NCBI GenBank assembly: GCA_964187785.1
Contig: OZ076409.1
Coordinates: forward strand, 9,178,001-9,242,000
Length of the DNA: 64,000 bases
Source: Amphiscolops sp. MND2022
Lineage: Eukaryota
Direction of reading: 5' to 3'
Every line of letters begins with the position of its first letter. The first letter of the stretch is position 1. The translations under genes were made by a program, and so were the position numbers. Below are positions 47,850 through 59,270 of this stretch, piece by piece. The notes beneath the pieces were generated by a model. It saw nothing but the letters and a program-made list of their open reading frames with translations. It had not been told where the DNA came from and did no database searches.

Positions 47850-50800
47850 ATGTGCTCGACTGAAGAAGATAGTGCATTGTTGCACCGCAGTCGTGAAGCG
47901 GAGTTAGTCGAGAGTGGAGCTGAAGTTGAGTCTGTGGTTGAGTCAGTTGTCCGTGAGGGTGGAGGAGTGATTGTGGATGGCGACAAAAGGGAGGGAGGAG
48001 AAGCAACTGACGGTGGAATCTCTGCTGGTCATGGTTTTGGCGAGAAGGACAGTTCTGGAGATGAAGGTCCTGGGCCTTCGGACGGTGGAAGTTGTGTAGA
48101 GACTGGATCCTACCACTCGACTTGTAGTGAGGAGCGTCATGATCTGGACTACCTGGCAAGGAAGAAAGGTACACTTTTCCTAGGAACTGATAGTTGGCCA
48201 GCCTTTTCTAGGTTACTTTTGAACGCGTTCTTTTTCATCTACTTTTTGTAGCTACTGATGAGAGCGATGAAGATTATGTCCCCCCTAGTCAGCCGAAATC
48301 TCAGAGCAGTTCAAAACAACGGACTAGTCGGTTTCTGTCGACGAGTAGTGTGCGTTCTGCTAAGCGGGTGCGGCTGGCAGATGTAGTGGCTGGGTCCATT
48401 CCCAAGCCACCTGCCCTGGTCGATAGTTCTGGAGATGACTATTTTCCTCCAACCGTCTCTGCATCCCGTACTCTTGAAAGTAGGTATTCCGTCTTCTTTC
48501 TTTCTTGGTTTAAAGTTGCTTGAGAAGGGTGCTAAGCGCATGTGTTCTGTTCTCTTGTGCATATTTTTCGTTTTGTTCTATAGTCCCTGATCCAACTCCT
48601 ATTACTGGGATGCAAGCTTCTGTGGTGCCTCGGGTTGTTACCTCCACTGGCAGTGACGTTTTCGTTTGTGAGGAGGCACGTGATACCCCTGCTGTTGGGA
48701 GTGATCCGGCATCTGTGCTCGCTGACGAGGGTGTCCAGACGTCTCGGACGCAACATGGCCGTGATGCAATCGGACTGGAGCCTTCGGTCGTATACAACGA
48801 CTGGGAAAAAGGTATTGTTGAATGAGGCTGTTATTTTGTTGATGATTGCGTTTTCTTTAGTGATCGTTTTGTTGTATTGACATGGGGAAATAATATACAG
48901 GTGGCTTGTACTTTATCTTCGTGTCTTTTCAGTGGGTCTGAAGACTGTTTCTCCTGGGTCGCCAATGATGATGTCTGCTGCCCAGTGTGTGATGCTCGCT
49001 CGTAGTTCTGCTCGGGCTGAGCGGACAGAGACTCTGAAGGAGACCAAGACCCTGGCAAAGCGTAAGTTGTTTTCTGAAGTTGTTCCATTTCGTAGTGTAT
49101 TCTGATTGTCTTCCGTCTGGTCTTGTGTTGTTGTCTACTTTGTTTGTCTGTTCTATTTGGGTTGTTGATATTTCGTCATAGTACATTGGGTCATTCATTG
49201 GTGTTGTATGTTGCAGAATTTGAAGAATTGTCACGGCTCTTAAAAGAGAAAGGGATCGACGCAAGTGACCCTGGGCGCGTCCTGGATCCTGTGGCCCGTG
49301 ATTGTTGGAGCGATTGTTGGCCCGTGATGAAGAGCGGAAGAAGAAACAGACTGAGCGTCATGTATTGACTAAAGCTATGGTCAATCATCCAATTCCGCGT
49401 CTATTCGTCAGCAGGCGTACTGACAAAAGCCCCAATGGTTTCAATTGTGCCGTTTGTCGGAAAGATGTCTCCTTCTTATCCCGGGGTCCCCGGGGCATCT
49501 GGAGGCATTTTAAATGCAAGGGGCATTATTTGAAAGACCGTCGCTACCGTCTGGACCATGAGGATGTTATTTACAGCGAGAATTTAGATGCCATCCCCGT
49601 TGCTGAGGTGTCTGCTGAATTACGGGCTGAAATTGAACTGACGCCCCCTGTCACTCTCGGCAGAATGAACAAGTTTGTGGAGGACGAGGTCGATGCACTG
49701 GTTGGCGTCCCTTCCAATGTACCGCCGACGACTCTCGTTGGATGCCTCTTCGAGTTGCTGAGGAGTGGAGGGTCACAAGTGTTCCTGCGTCGTCTCTGGA
49801 ACCAATTTCGGACGACCTTGCCGGTGGAGAGTCCCTATGCTTCCGTGAGCTGGAGTAAGACGGAGACTTTGGTTGTTATTGTCCAAACTCTTTTCCCTCG
49901 CGTTCTTCGACGTGTGAAATCGTGGCTGGGTGACAGTCCTTTTAGCTTGGCGCTGCAGTCTTCGCTCTCAGGAGTGAAGTGTGTCGTCCGTTGCTGTCCC
50001 GACGATTCTGTACGTGAGATCTGTCTGGTTGATGTGGAGTTTGGCGGGGTCTCCTGTGAGACGGAGATTCAGTGTTTGGCTCGGGTATTATCGCTTGTGC
50101 CAACTCGTCAGGGCCCCGTTTCCATCCAGGGTTGTCCTCCTGTGCTGTTCAATGCCTACGTGGATTGGTGCCAAGCTGTCGGTCGACCTGTTCCAATTGC
50201 TGCTATTGTCTTCGACTGTGATGTTCTGCGTCGTTTGATGCATGATGCTAGTTTTATGTGCGTTGGGTCAGTGGACCCCTTTGCGACTGTGGAATACTTG
50301 GTGCAGCGCCTAAAGCGAGTCCGACATCAAGCTTGGTTATTGAACTTGCCTCGATTCCGTATGTGTTTGGAGTCTGGTGTCATACCTGCTGCCTCTTGGT
50401 GTGATGTGGTCCAGGAGCTGCTGGATAATTGGTCAGATATCAAGATTTGCCTGTCAAATGATACTCTCTTGATGAAGAAGAACGTTAACGTTGTTGATCT
50501 GGATTCGTTGTTGTGCTCGGATCGTTTGGGATTGCCTCGTCTTGCTTTATTGCATGTGGTGTTGCTGTGTTTCCGCTCTAATTGTAAAAAACAGTTTGAG
50601 TCTTCTGTGCGGGACTACGGTTGCAGGAACTCCAGTGATTTCTGTTTCTTCTATTGGAGTCTCTTGAGCAAGGTCAAGAAAGTCAGCCAATTGCCTTCAA
50701 TCGACAAGTGGTCCGAGTATGTGTCAAAGCCATTGAATAATTGGGCCAATGTAACAGTTGCTGAGTGCCTGCAGGGGGAACCCAGTATTTTGAAAGCTCT

Positions 50801-51680
50801 CCGAGGGTTGGATGAGTCCCCTCGTCGCTCTTTCTTGCGCGAGTGTCAGGGATGTTTACTTGAACTTTTGAAGCAGCTCAGTTCCAGTCCTTACGCCCAT
50901 TCGCGGATTGCTCGGTCGTTGAGTTCCTTAAGTGTGGACATGTTGCTGGGCGGGGACGCCGATTACGTCGCAGACTTATTCCAGGATCTTGTAGCCTGTT
51001 TGCAGGAGTCTGGTTGCCTAGATGGTGTGGAGCGTGAGGCCGCATCAAACGAGTTCAAGTCTTTGGTCGTGGAGTTGCGTGGACGTTCTGTGGATTGTTC
51101 CCAAATCGATGATGTATTCAGTTTTTTGGAGTCTCTTGATATCTTCCAGTGCCGGGCTCATGTGAGGCAGGTCGTTCGTCTCGTGCGCGTGATTGTGTGT
51201 CCTGCGCCTCGTCCTCTTCCTCACGTTGAAATATTAACTAGTGGTTGTAGTGTGCCTCTGTCTGTGATCCAGACTGGTTTGAGTGGTGTTCAGTCATTTG
51301 TTATTCAGCCTAAGTTTGTATCAACTGAGCTTTTGACAGTGGAGTGTATTGCAGAATTGAAGAGTAATCTGTTAGTTGGTCATCTGTTCTTGGGTTGCAG
51401 TACCTTCGATCCCTGGGGCGGAATCAGTCGTCATCCATATGAAGATGTCTTCGGAAGTATCTTTCGGTGTTATACTGCTTATTATGCTGGGCAAGTTGAT
51501 GAGTGGAGAGCTCGTATGACAGCCGGCCCGTCTTCTCGAGGAGAGGCCTCTGGAGGTACGTCTGTAGCTGATACTGCGTCTCTTGTTGTAGCTTCTGGAT
51601 CTCAACAGGGCACTACTAGTCCAGCATCCGAGAAGAAGAAAAGGAGTAAGAAGAACGTTCGGCAAGGAAAGTCGTGTTGA
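47850..51680 (+). CDS. Spliced antisense cargo gene of element C: BED-finger, hAT-transposase-derived protein (about 1,114 aa reconstructed; one 23-nt frameshifting insertion)
   Basis: Exons 47850-48168, 48252-48479, 48584-48811, 48933-49061 and 49217-51680 are joined by four GT-AG phase-1 introns and keep an open frame. CAVC...RHFKCKGH and SKTET...SPFSLAL motifs are present. Confidence 0.8.
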
Positions 51681-52015
51681 ATGATATCGTAACTGGAGAC
51701 TTTGAAGAAACTGTTTCTTTGTACTTTGTTTTTATTGTTCTTGTTGGAATTAGTCATTGTTCTTCTCATATAGTTAGGTTCCGCGTGTCGGTTCCTTTGG
51801 TAGAAGAGAAAAAAAAATCATGCTCTGATATTATGGAGCGGAGAAAAAATTTGAGGCAGCTCCGTGGTCCACTGGGTTATTCAATTTAGTATTTAGCCTC
51901 TGTATTGTTTTCATCCGAGTCGTAGAGTACAGTAGAGTGAGTGAAAGCCATTGTGATTTGAAGAGATTTGAAGTCAGGTCATAGGATTGTGGTCCAGGCC
52001 AGTGTCTGGGCCTGA

Positions 52016-53646
52016 TTAATTTTCTGATCTCGGACTGCCGTCTGGGCCGAGGTCCGCTAAAACCTGTAATTCTGGGCCGTTGTCCAGTCTGTCGGAAGAA
52101 TATGCCAAGTTTGTTGAATTGGCTGTTAGGGCATTGTAATAGGCATAATCTGGTTTCCAATTTGACGTCGGGTTTTTCCGAAGGTTGTAGTGGGATTTCC
52201 GGGGGGATTGAGGTGCGGGTGTGTGATTTTCGGGTTCATCATCGATATTGGTTAGTGGGTCCTGTGTCTGGTCACTTGGGTGATTAGGAATGATTTCGGG
52301 GTCGTATATTAGGTTAGGGCTTGGGGGGCCGGGGTGGGTGGGTTCAATGATTGTATCTGGGGTTGGTTGGATCACTTCAGGTTCGGGTAATTGTTTGTTT
52401 TCGGGTTGGTTAGGGCATTCTTTGTAAAGTTCTTCCCACGCCATTGCGAAGAGGTCGTCGTGCTGTATGGCTACCTCTGTATCCTGCTGGAAATCTTTGG
52501 GTGGGACTGTAATGTCAGGCAGCTTGTGACTGCTTGCGAAGGGGCGTAGCCTGATTCTGTGCAGGATCTGTGTGAAATTGGTCTGGAGTTTACGTATAAG
52601 ATAGTTGTTGTTGGGTAGGGTTTTGACCACGATATATGGTCCCGTCCAAAGGTATTCCCGAAACGGCAATTTCGTCGCTTGGCTATGCGCCTTTGAATGT
52701 AAAGCATAGCAGTAGTCGTTTACTACCAAGGGGTGTGCTGATGCTTTCCGGTCATAATAACGCTTATGTCGGACGTAGGCTTGCATCAGGGCTTGTTGGC
52801 TCTGGTTGAGGATTTCTTGTGTTTGTTGTAACACTCCCTCAGCTATTTCGTGGTTGGTTGGGGCAGTGGCCTGGGGTTTAAGGCCGTACTTTAGGTCGAG
52901 TACGTTGTATGGCACTCTTCCATGGAAAACTCGGCTGGGTTCGCAGCCTAATGATGTGTGGTAGGAAGTGTTGTAATTTAATACTGCCATTGGTAAGAAT
53001 TGGTGCCACATCGTTCGCCTCTCTCCCGTCATGATTTTTAGGCTTGCTTTGAGCGAGGCGTGGGTCCTTTCTAGGATGCCTATCGTCTGTGCATGTTTGG
53101 TGGTGGCATGTTTCAGTTGGATTCCGAGAATGGCTGTTGTTTGTTGCATTGCCTCCGATATGAACTGGGATCCTTTGTCCGTGATTACCGTTGTGGGGAG
53201 ATAGCAGTGTCTTGTGATGATATCTGTAAGGACCCGTGTGACAGTCTTGGTGTCGATTCTGGCGACGCTATACGCGAATAGATAACGGGAGAATACATCC
53301 ATCGCTGTGATGACTGCAGTGTATCCTCCTGAAGGGTCGTCGAAAGGGACGATGTCCATTTGTAGTGTGTCTTCTGGGCCCATTCTATTTTGGACATGTC
53401 GATGAGCGGGGGTGTAATGTTGGCATTTGGTATCCTTTTCGTTTGAGCGCATTCTGGGCATTGTGCAATATGGGTGGCTATTCGGGCGGCTAGCCCCGGG
53501 AAGTAGTACTTTTCGCGGCATTGCTGGATGGTTTTAGTTATACCTGGGTGTTTCCCGAATTTGCCATGGTGGTGTTGTATGAATTCGTCAACTAGTTGCT
53601 GGGGGAGTAGTACTTGCAAGTACTTGACTTTCCCTGTATCGCCAAA
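52016..53646 (-). pseudogene. pol: Integrase of element C (frameshift near 53385)
   Basis: HHGKFGKHPG...CPEC, LQMDIV, ITDKGSQF, LERTH, WTGPY and a Pro-rich tail. Confidence 0.95.
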
Positions 53647-56600
53647 CTATTGTCGATACAGGAGTCCATCTTTTATGATGATGCGATCATCTTGTGTGAG
53701 GTATTTGGCCGCTCTGGGGTCGTCGTTCAGAAGTTGGGTGTCGTACGGTTCTTTTAGGATTTTCAGTTTGAGGTTTCTGAGGACGGGGTCCTGGTCTTGG
53801 TACGGTCTCAGACTGCGCGGGAAGCTTGTGTCACTGTGAAGTTGGCGCCGTTGTTCTTGCTCTGGGTCTTGGATGTTGTTGCAGACCAAGGGTAGGTTCT
53901 CGGGTTGGGAGATGGTTTGGACAGTTTCACTCTTGGGGTCGGAGTTCTGGTCATGGGGTGTGTAGATCTGTTTCCTGGCTTGTTGTTTACGCTCCCAAAT
54001 GACTTCTTCGGTCTCAGTATCGTCCTCTGGTAAAAAATAGAATTGATCTTCTTCATGGATGTCGGAGGATTGTATGTTTACCTGGATCGGCGTCGTTTGA
54101 ATGTCTTCTCTGATTTGGAGAAAGACTTTTTCTTTGGGGCTAATGTCTAATCGGGAGAGGAAATCGGCTGCTGTATTCATCCTTCCCGGCACATGGGCGA
54201 TTTTAAAGTGAAATTGCAGTACAAAATCGCAGGCATTCCAGAGGGAGGGTGGTATCATCTTGGTTTGGAAAAACCTGGTGACTGATTTATTGTCGGTTAA
54301 GACAATAGTCGGTTTGGATGAACCCCACAAGATGTGACTATATTCCATAAAAGCGAAATAGATAGCTAAGAATTCTTTGGCATAGATTGACATCTTCAAC
54401 TGGGATGGTGAAAAAGTTTTAGAGCCTAATGCCACTGGTGCGTAAGTCTTCCTGGTGGAGGTTATCTTTTGCTCCGGGTCTTCTTCCGTCATCAAGGCAT
54501 ATCCGGCATTCTTGAAGCTTGCGTCTGTCATTAGTACGTACTGCCGGTTTGGCAGTGGCTGTTTGAGCCAAAGGCCGCATGCGTTGTCTAACGTTTTGTT
54601 GATAGCTTCGAAATTGGATATGAGTTCCTGATCTATCTTGACTGGCTTGTCTGATTTGATGAATTCATGAAATGGGGCAATCTTCTCTGATAATCGGGGA
54701 ATGTAGTTTCTGTAGTAATTTACGAAGCCGATGTATCTTTGAAGTCCCTTCTTCGTCCGGGGGAATTTGATGGTCTGAAGGTGTTTCTGGATCTTGTGGC
54801 TTTGGGGTGCCACCCCTGCTGGGGAAATTGTTCGCCCAAGGAATTCGACTTCCTTGGCGCCGAACTGACATTTGGCCATGGAGAGCCGGAGTCCTGCTGC
54901 GCGGATGCATTGGAAAACTTCTCTCAAGTTGTTCTTTAACTCCTCGGGAGTGTTGGTGGCGATTCCAATGTCAACGTACTGAGCGCATTTGTCCGCCTTT
55001 ATGGCCTTGTCGAGGTATTCCCTCATGAAACTTGAAAAGGACGACAATGAGCGGCTCAGGCCTTGGGCTAGCCTGAGGTACGCGAATGTCCTGCTGGCGA
55101 AGTTGAATGCTAGAAGTTGAACGGACTTCTGGTCTGCCATTTGTAGCACGTGGTAGGCTTGTGAACAATCAAGCTTGCAAAACAACTTCTTGCCGGCGAG
55201 GTGTTGCGCCGCGTCTGTCAGTGTGCTCACTCGATGATTGTTGTTAATGTAATCATCAGATATCAGATTGTTGATTTTTCGGAGGTCGACTAGTAGGCGC
55301 AGGCGGCCGTTTGGCTTCCGTTGGGCGAAAATGGGGCTGGCATACTTGCTGAACGGGAGCGTGGTTATAATCCCGAAGTAATGCATTAGGGCCAATTCGA
55401 CCGTCAGATCTTCTTTCAGGTTAATGGGGCAGGGCAAACTTTGTGAGTAGACGGGGTCGTCTGTTTTCGGTGTGAGTTTGATTTTGAAATCATGGTTGAT
55501 TCCAATGTCCAGTCGATGTCTTGCAAAGATGTCGTTGAACTCTATGAGTATTTCTTCGATATCTTTCTTGTCATCTTCGGAGAGTTGTGAATCGTCCCAG
55601 TTGAAGCTTTGGAGGAATGTTTTTCGTTCCTCTTCACTGTTGTTTGGGTCGAGTTTCTGGATTTCTTCCAGTTCTTTGATTTCTCGGAGAATTCGGTTCT
55701 GGATCGGGGTGTAGGTAGCAGGATCCCCGGGGTGGTCTGGTGTGGGAAACCAAAAGTTTTGATTGTGAGATGGTTTTTCTGAGGTTTTCAGGAGCTCGTT
55801 GATGTACACCATCGCATCTTCGGAGTCGTCTTCGGCGAGCACTTTGAGTGCTGCTGTGTTGAGTGGTTTGAGTTCTTTTGCCTCTTCGGGGGACAGGATT
55901 TTGAATTCTGCTATTGTTGTGTTTCGTTTGATGGTATAGGGTGTAGGGGTGGTATTTGTTACTCTGATGTCGATTTTTCGGTTTGAGGCTGTTGAGATTG
56001 AACTGGCTACCACTAGGGGGTCACCACTGCAGTGGTTGGTGGCTGGCTTGATGACACCGGTTGTGTCGACGTTGGATGGTATATCCGTGGAGCCTGTTAT
56101 TGTTTGTGTCGTTTCAGGGGGAATAGTGAGTGGATTCTTTATTTGTACTTTGTACAGTTTCCTGTTACGGGTATATTTATCGGTTTCGATTGAATATGTG
56201 AGGTGGGGGAAGTGTAGCAGGCCCTGGCTCACGTCCAGGATGGCGCTGTTATTTTTAAGGAACGTAAGGCCAAGTATTGGGCCTGTCAGTCGTTTGGCCA
56301 CGATAAAAGTTTCCTTAAAATTCCAGTCTCCGATTTCGAATTGGAGGATGATTGTTTTGGTAGGCGTTTCAATGTCGCCATTTGCGACTTGGAGTTTGAA
56401 AGGGGGTGGTTCCAACTCTTTAACAATGTCTTTGGGGGACATTTGGAGGATTTTATTGTAATCGGTTTTGGAGATGCAGTTTACAAGGGCGCCAGAGTCA
56501 ATAAGGGCGTCCAGGGTCAAGTCCTGGAAGTCCATGGGGGCGAAGAGCATTTTCTTCTTCTTTTTGAGGGATACTGCTGAAAAGATTGGTATGCACTCTT

Positions 56601-57780
56601 CTTTTGTTATGGGGTCTCTCGTGAGGTATTCCGCAATCTGGGCTAGGGGGTAGGACTAGGGTTCGTCCTGGGGTGGTGTGTCGTTTACAACACCGGTGGG
56701 GGATCCAGATTGTGTATTAGTTGCGGCAGGGTTGAGGGGTCGAGGGTCCTCGACTTCGTTTTCGGTCTGCCTACTGAAGAGAGAGGTGGGAACGTTGATT
56801 TCTCTGACTGGACTTTTGTTGTTCCTCTGATATTCTGCAGTCTGCTCAGGGAGGTAGGACTTGGGAACGTCCTGTTGCGGTGTGCCGTTTGCAGCACCTG
56901 ATGGGAATTCAGACTGCATGTTGGTTGCGTCAGCTATGATGTGTCGATCGGTGTCGATTTCATCTTCTAGCTGACTATTGAGGATAGTGGGTGAGAGCTG
57001 TGTCTCGTGTTGAACGGAGGGTTCTAGGAGAAGAGATCTCTTTATTCGTTTGGTTTTTGGTTTGGAGAAGTTTGTCTCCGAGTTGGGTGTAGGTGAGGTC
57101 GGGTCCACGGCTTCGATCGTGGTCCTGTCGGTGAGGTCTCTGTGTTGGTGGCTGTCTGGTGCCACGTCCATTGTTGGGGATCGTATGATACCGGCTCTGA
57201 TAGGGTTTCTTGGCTGATCTTTTGGTGGAGAATGGGGAGCCATGGTATAGGATCCTTGGTTCTTGAGTATAGATTTGACGTTGTTCTGTGAGATATCAAC
57301 TAGGATTTCTGTTACGTGTTCGACGTCCTGGTTGTAGTCTGGGATAGGTTGGACGGTTTTGGACCTGTAGCGTGGCTCGGTGGAGATATTCATCCCTGTT
57401 TTCCTGATGTACTCTTCAAATGGCGTGCATTCCTGTTGTTTGAACGTTAGGGTCGTCTTGTCATATAGTTGAGGGTTATAGTATGGGTCGCAGTTGAAGT
57501 CAGAGTCGTGGAAGTAGGTTTCAGGGGAAGTGCTTTCTGGTAGGGGTCGTTTAGGAGTATTGTAAGCAGTCGGGTTGTCAAGGTACCACTGAGGGTAGTC
57601 TTTCTTTGCGGTGTTTTGGCGATTATATTTGTGGAGCTTGTGAATCTGCCATCTTCGCTGCCAGTCGAGAGATGGTTCTTCGTGTCGCTCGGTGTTCTTT
57701 TCGTAGTCATATGAATTTGGGGGTTCGGATGTTGTGTACTGTCGGGTTTCGACAGTCTCCCCAAATCGAAGATGTGGCAT
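53647..57780 (-). pseudogene. pol: pol of element C: about 400-aa N-terminal extension, protease, RT, RNase H (in-frame stops at 56656 and 53647)
   Basis: ALIDSGA, LRLLVDLRKIN, KLDCSQAY, LAQGL, YVDIG (one Asp of YVDD missing), MTDAS and AADFLSR. Confidence 0.95.
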
Positions 57781-57782
57781 AT

Positions 57783-59270
57783 TTAGTTTTTTGATTGGCT
57801 GAACTCGAGGGTTTGGTTTTGGGGTTGAGTGGTCTGCGGGAGCATGGGTTGGTAGCCCGTTTGGCTATTTGTTTGGTTGTTATATGGCTGCTGATGTACT
57901 GGTGTATTGTCTGGAGGGTACTGACCTTGTGTATTCTGTGGCAGCGGGATGTTATTCGGTGAAGTTGCTTTAGGGGTCTTCCACCATTGGGGTCTGTTTG
58001 CCCAGTTGGCGCCAGAATAACATTCCTGTGTCGTATGGCTATTTTTGCCGCAGGTTTCACATGGGTTTGTTATTTTAGTCGGTGCCCTGTTGCCTCGGTT
58101 GCGGGCTTCTCGGGCAGTTTTCCGGCAGTTCTTTATTACATGTCCTGGGTTGCCACATTCGAAACACGGGCCTGCTGGTTTGGGTGGATTGGCGGTTTGT
58201 TGTGGGGCATCTTGTACATCGATTTGGTGTACTGCCGTTATGTTTGTTTCGCTTGGGGCCAGGAGTCCGTTTAACTCCATCTCGCGTTCCAGGTGTTGGA
58301 CCATCAGGTCGTACGACTCTGTCTCGAGTCTTGCCTGGTTAAGGACTCGTTTTAAGTGCGCTGGCATTTTTGCATAGAATGAGGTTTCTATGAATTTTGG
58401 GGCGTCGTCGCCATATGCCTCCTGTGCCAATTTCTGGTATTGCTCCAGGAAGTCTTGGAAGGTTTGGCGAGTCGGGTCAAAGTAAAGCTGTTCCCACTTA
58501 CATCTTGCGGTGGCTATAGATTGTGGGCGAACGTATCGTCTTCGGAATGTGGTAATGATGTCGTCTAAACTGGCGCGGTTTGCGTCTGTCATATTGCGAT
58601 ACGTCTGTAGGGCATCGCCTCTCAGGAGGGAGTGGAAGTAGTGAATTTGCTCTTCCTCTGAGATATTTGGATATACTTTGAGGCTCGTCATAAACAGGTC
58701 CTCGAAGTGCTCGAATTTGTCATTGCGGCCATCAAATGTGGGCATGGTTGTTGAGAGTGCCTTTGGGAGTCTGGGCAATCCCGCGCTCTGTTGTGTGGCA
58801 TTCTTCAGGGATTCGAGCAGTTTGTCCACGATATCGTCTGGATATCTCATGTTGGGCGGGGGTAGGCTGGATGATCGGGTGGGTATGTCCTGGGTTATGG
58901 TAACTCCTGTCACCATGTGTTGACCGTGATTCGGGAGTAAATCACTTGGTTCAACTAGTCTATATCTATATTCCGCGTTTTCTACATCTTCGTCGTCGGG
59001 ACCATGACGTACGTTGTTAGACGGTCTTTCTGTCAGCGTATCGATTTTAGAAGTCAGGTTCTCTATCATCTTCAGAATCTCACGCTGTCCGACTTCCGCG
59101 TCTTTGATTCTTTTACTTACAGATTTTTCTATCTTTTCAGATAATTCCGAAAAATCCTTATCAGACAAACTAGCAGCGTTTTCAGTTCTTATGCTAGAAG
59201 ATTCAGGTTCGTCTAAAGAGTTCACAGGTGAATCCCTTCTGGCTTTTCTTTTGGAGCTACGTTCTGGCAT
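57783..59270 (-). CDS. gag: gag of element C (495 aa, intact), initiating inside the 5' LTR
   Basis: MPTFDGRNDKFEHFEDLF capsid-like motif and two knuckles, CFECGNPGHVIKNC and CETCGKNSHTTQEC. Confidence 0.93.
   Translation of the reverse strand: MPERSSKRKARRDSPVNSLDEPESSSIRTENAASLSDKDFSELSEKIEKSVSKRIKDAEVGQREILKMIENLTSKIDTLTERPSNNVRHGPDDEDVENAEYRYRLVEPSDLLPNHGQHMVTGVTITQDIPTRSSSLPPPNMRYPDDIVDKLLESLKNATQQSAGLPRLPKALSTTMPTFDGRNDKFEHFEDLFMTSLKVYPNISEEEQIHYFHSLLRGDALQTYRNMTDANRASLDDIITTFRRRYVRPQSIATARCKWEQLYFDPTRQTFQDFLEQYQKLAQEAYGDDAPKFIETSFYAKMPAHLKRVLNQARLETESYDLMVQHLEREMELNGLLAPSETNITAVHQIDVQDAPQQTANPPKPAGPCFECGNPGHVIKNCRKTAREARNRGNRAPTKITNPCETCGKNSHTTQECYSGANWANRPQWWKTPKATSPNNIPLPQNTQGQYPPDNTPVHQQPYNNQTNSQTGYQPMLPQTTQPQNQTLEFSQSKN
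57786..57792 (-). promoter_or_regulatory. -1 ribosomal frameshift slippery site A_AAA_AAC
   Basis: The minus strand reads TCA AAA AAC TAA at the gag end. The -1 frame reads AAA AAA CTA AAT ATG CCA into pol. Confidence 0.8.
58902..58915 (-). promoter_or_regulatory. Primer-binding site of element C (tRNA-Leu-like)
   Basis: TGGTGACAGGAGTT lies immediately after the LTR end and is similar, from memory, to the tRNA-Leu PBS TGGTGTCAGGAGT. Confidence 0.7.
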
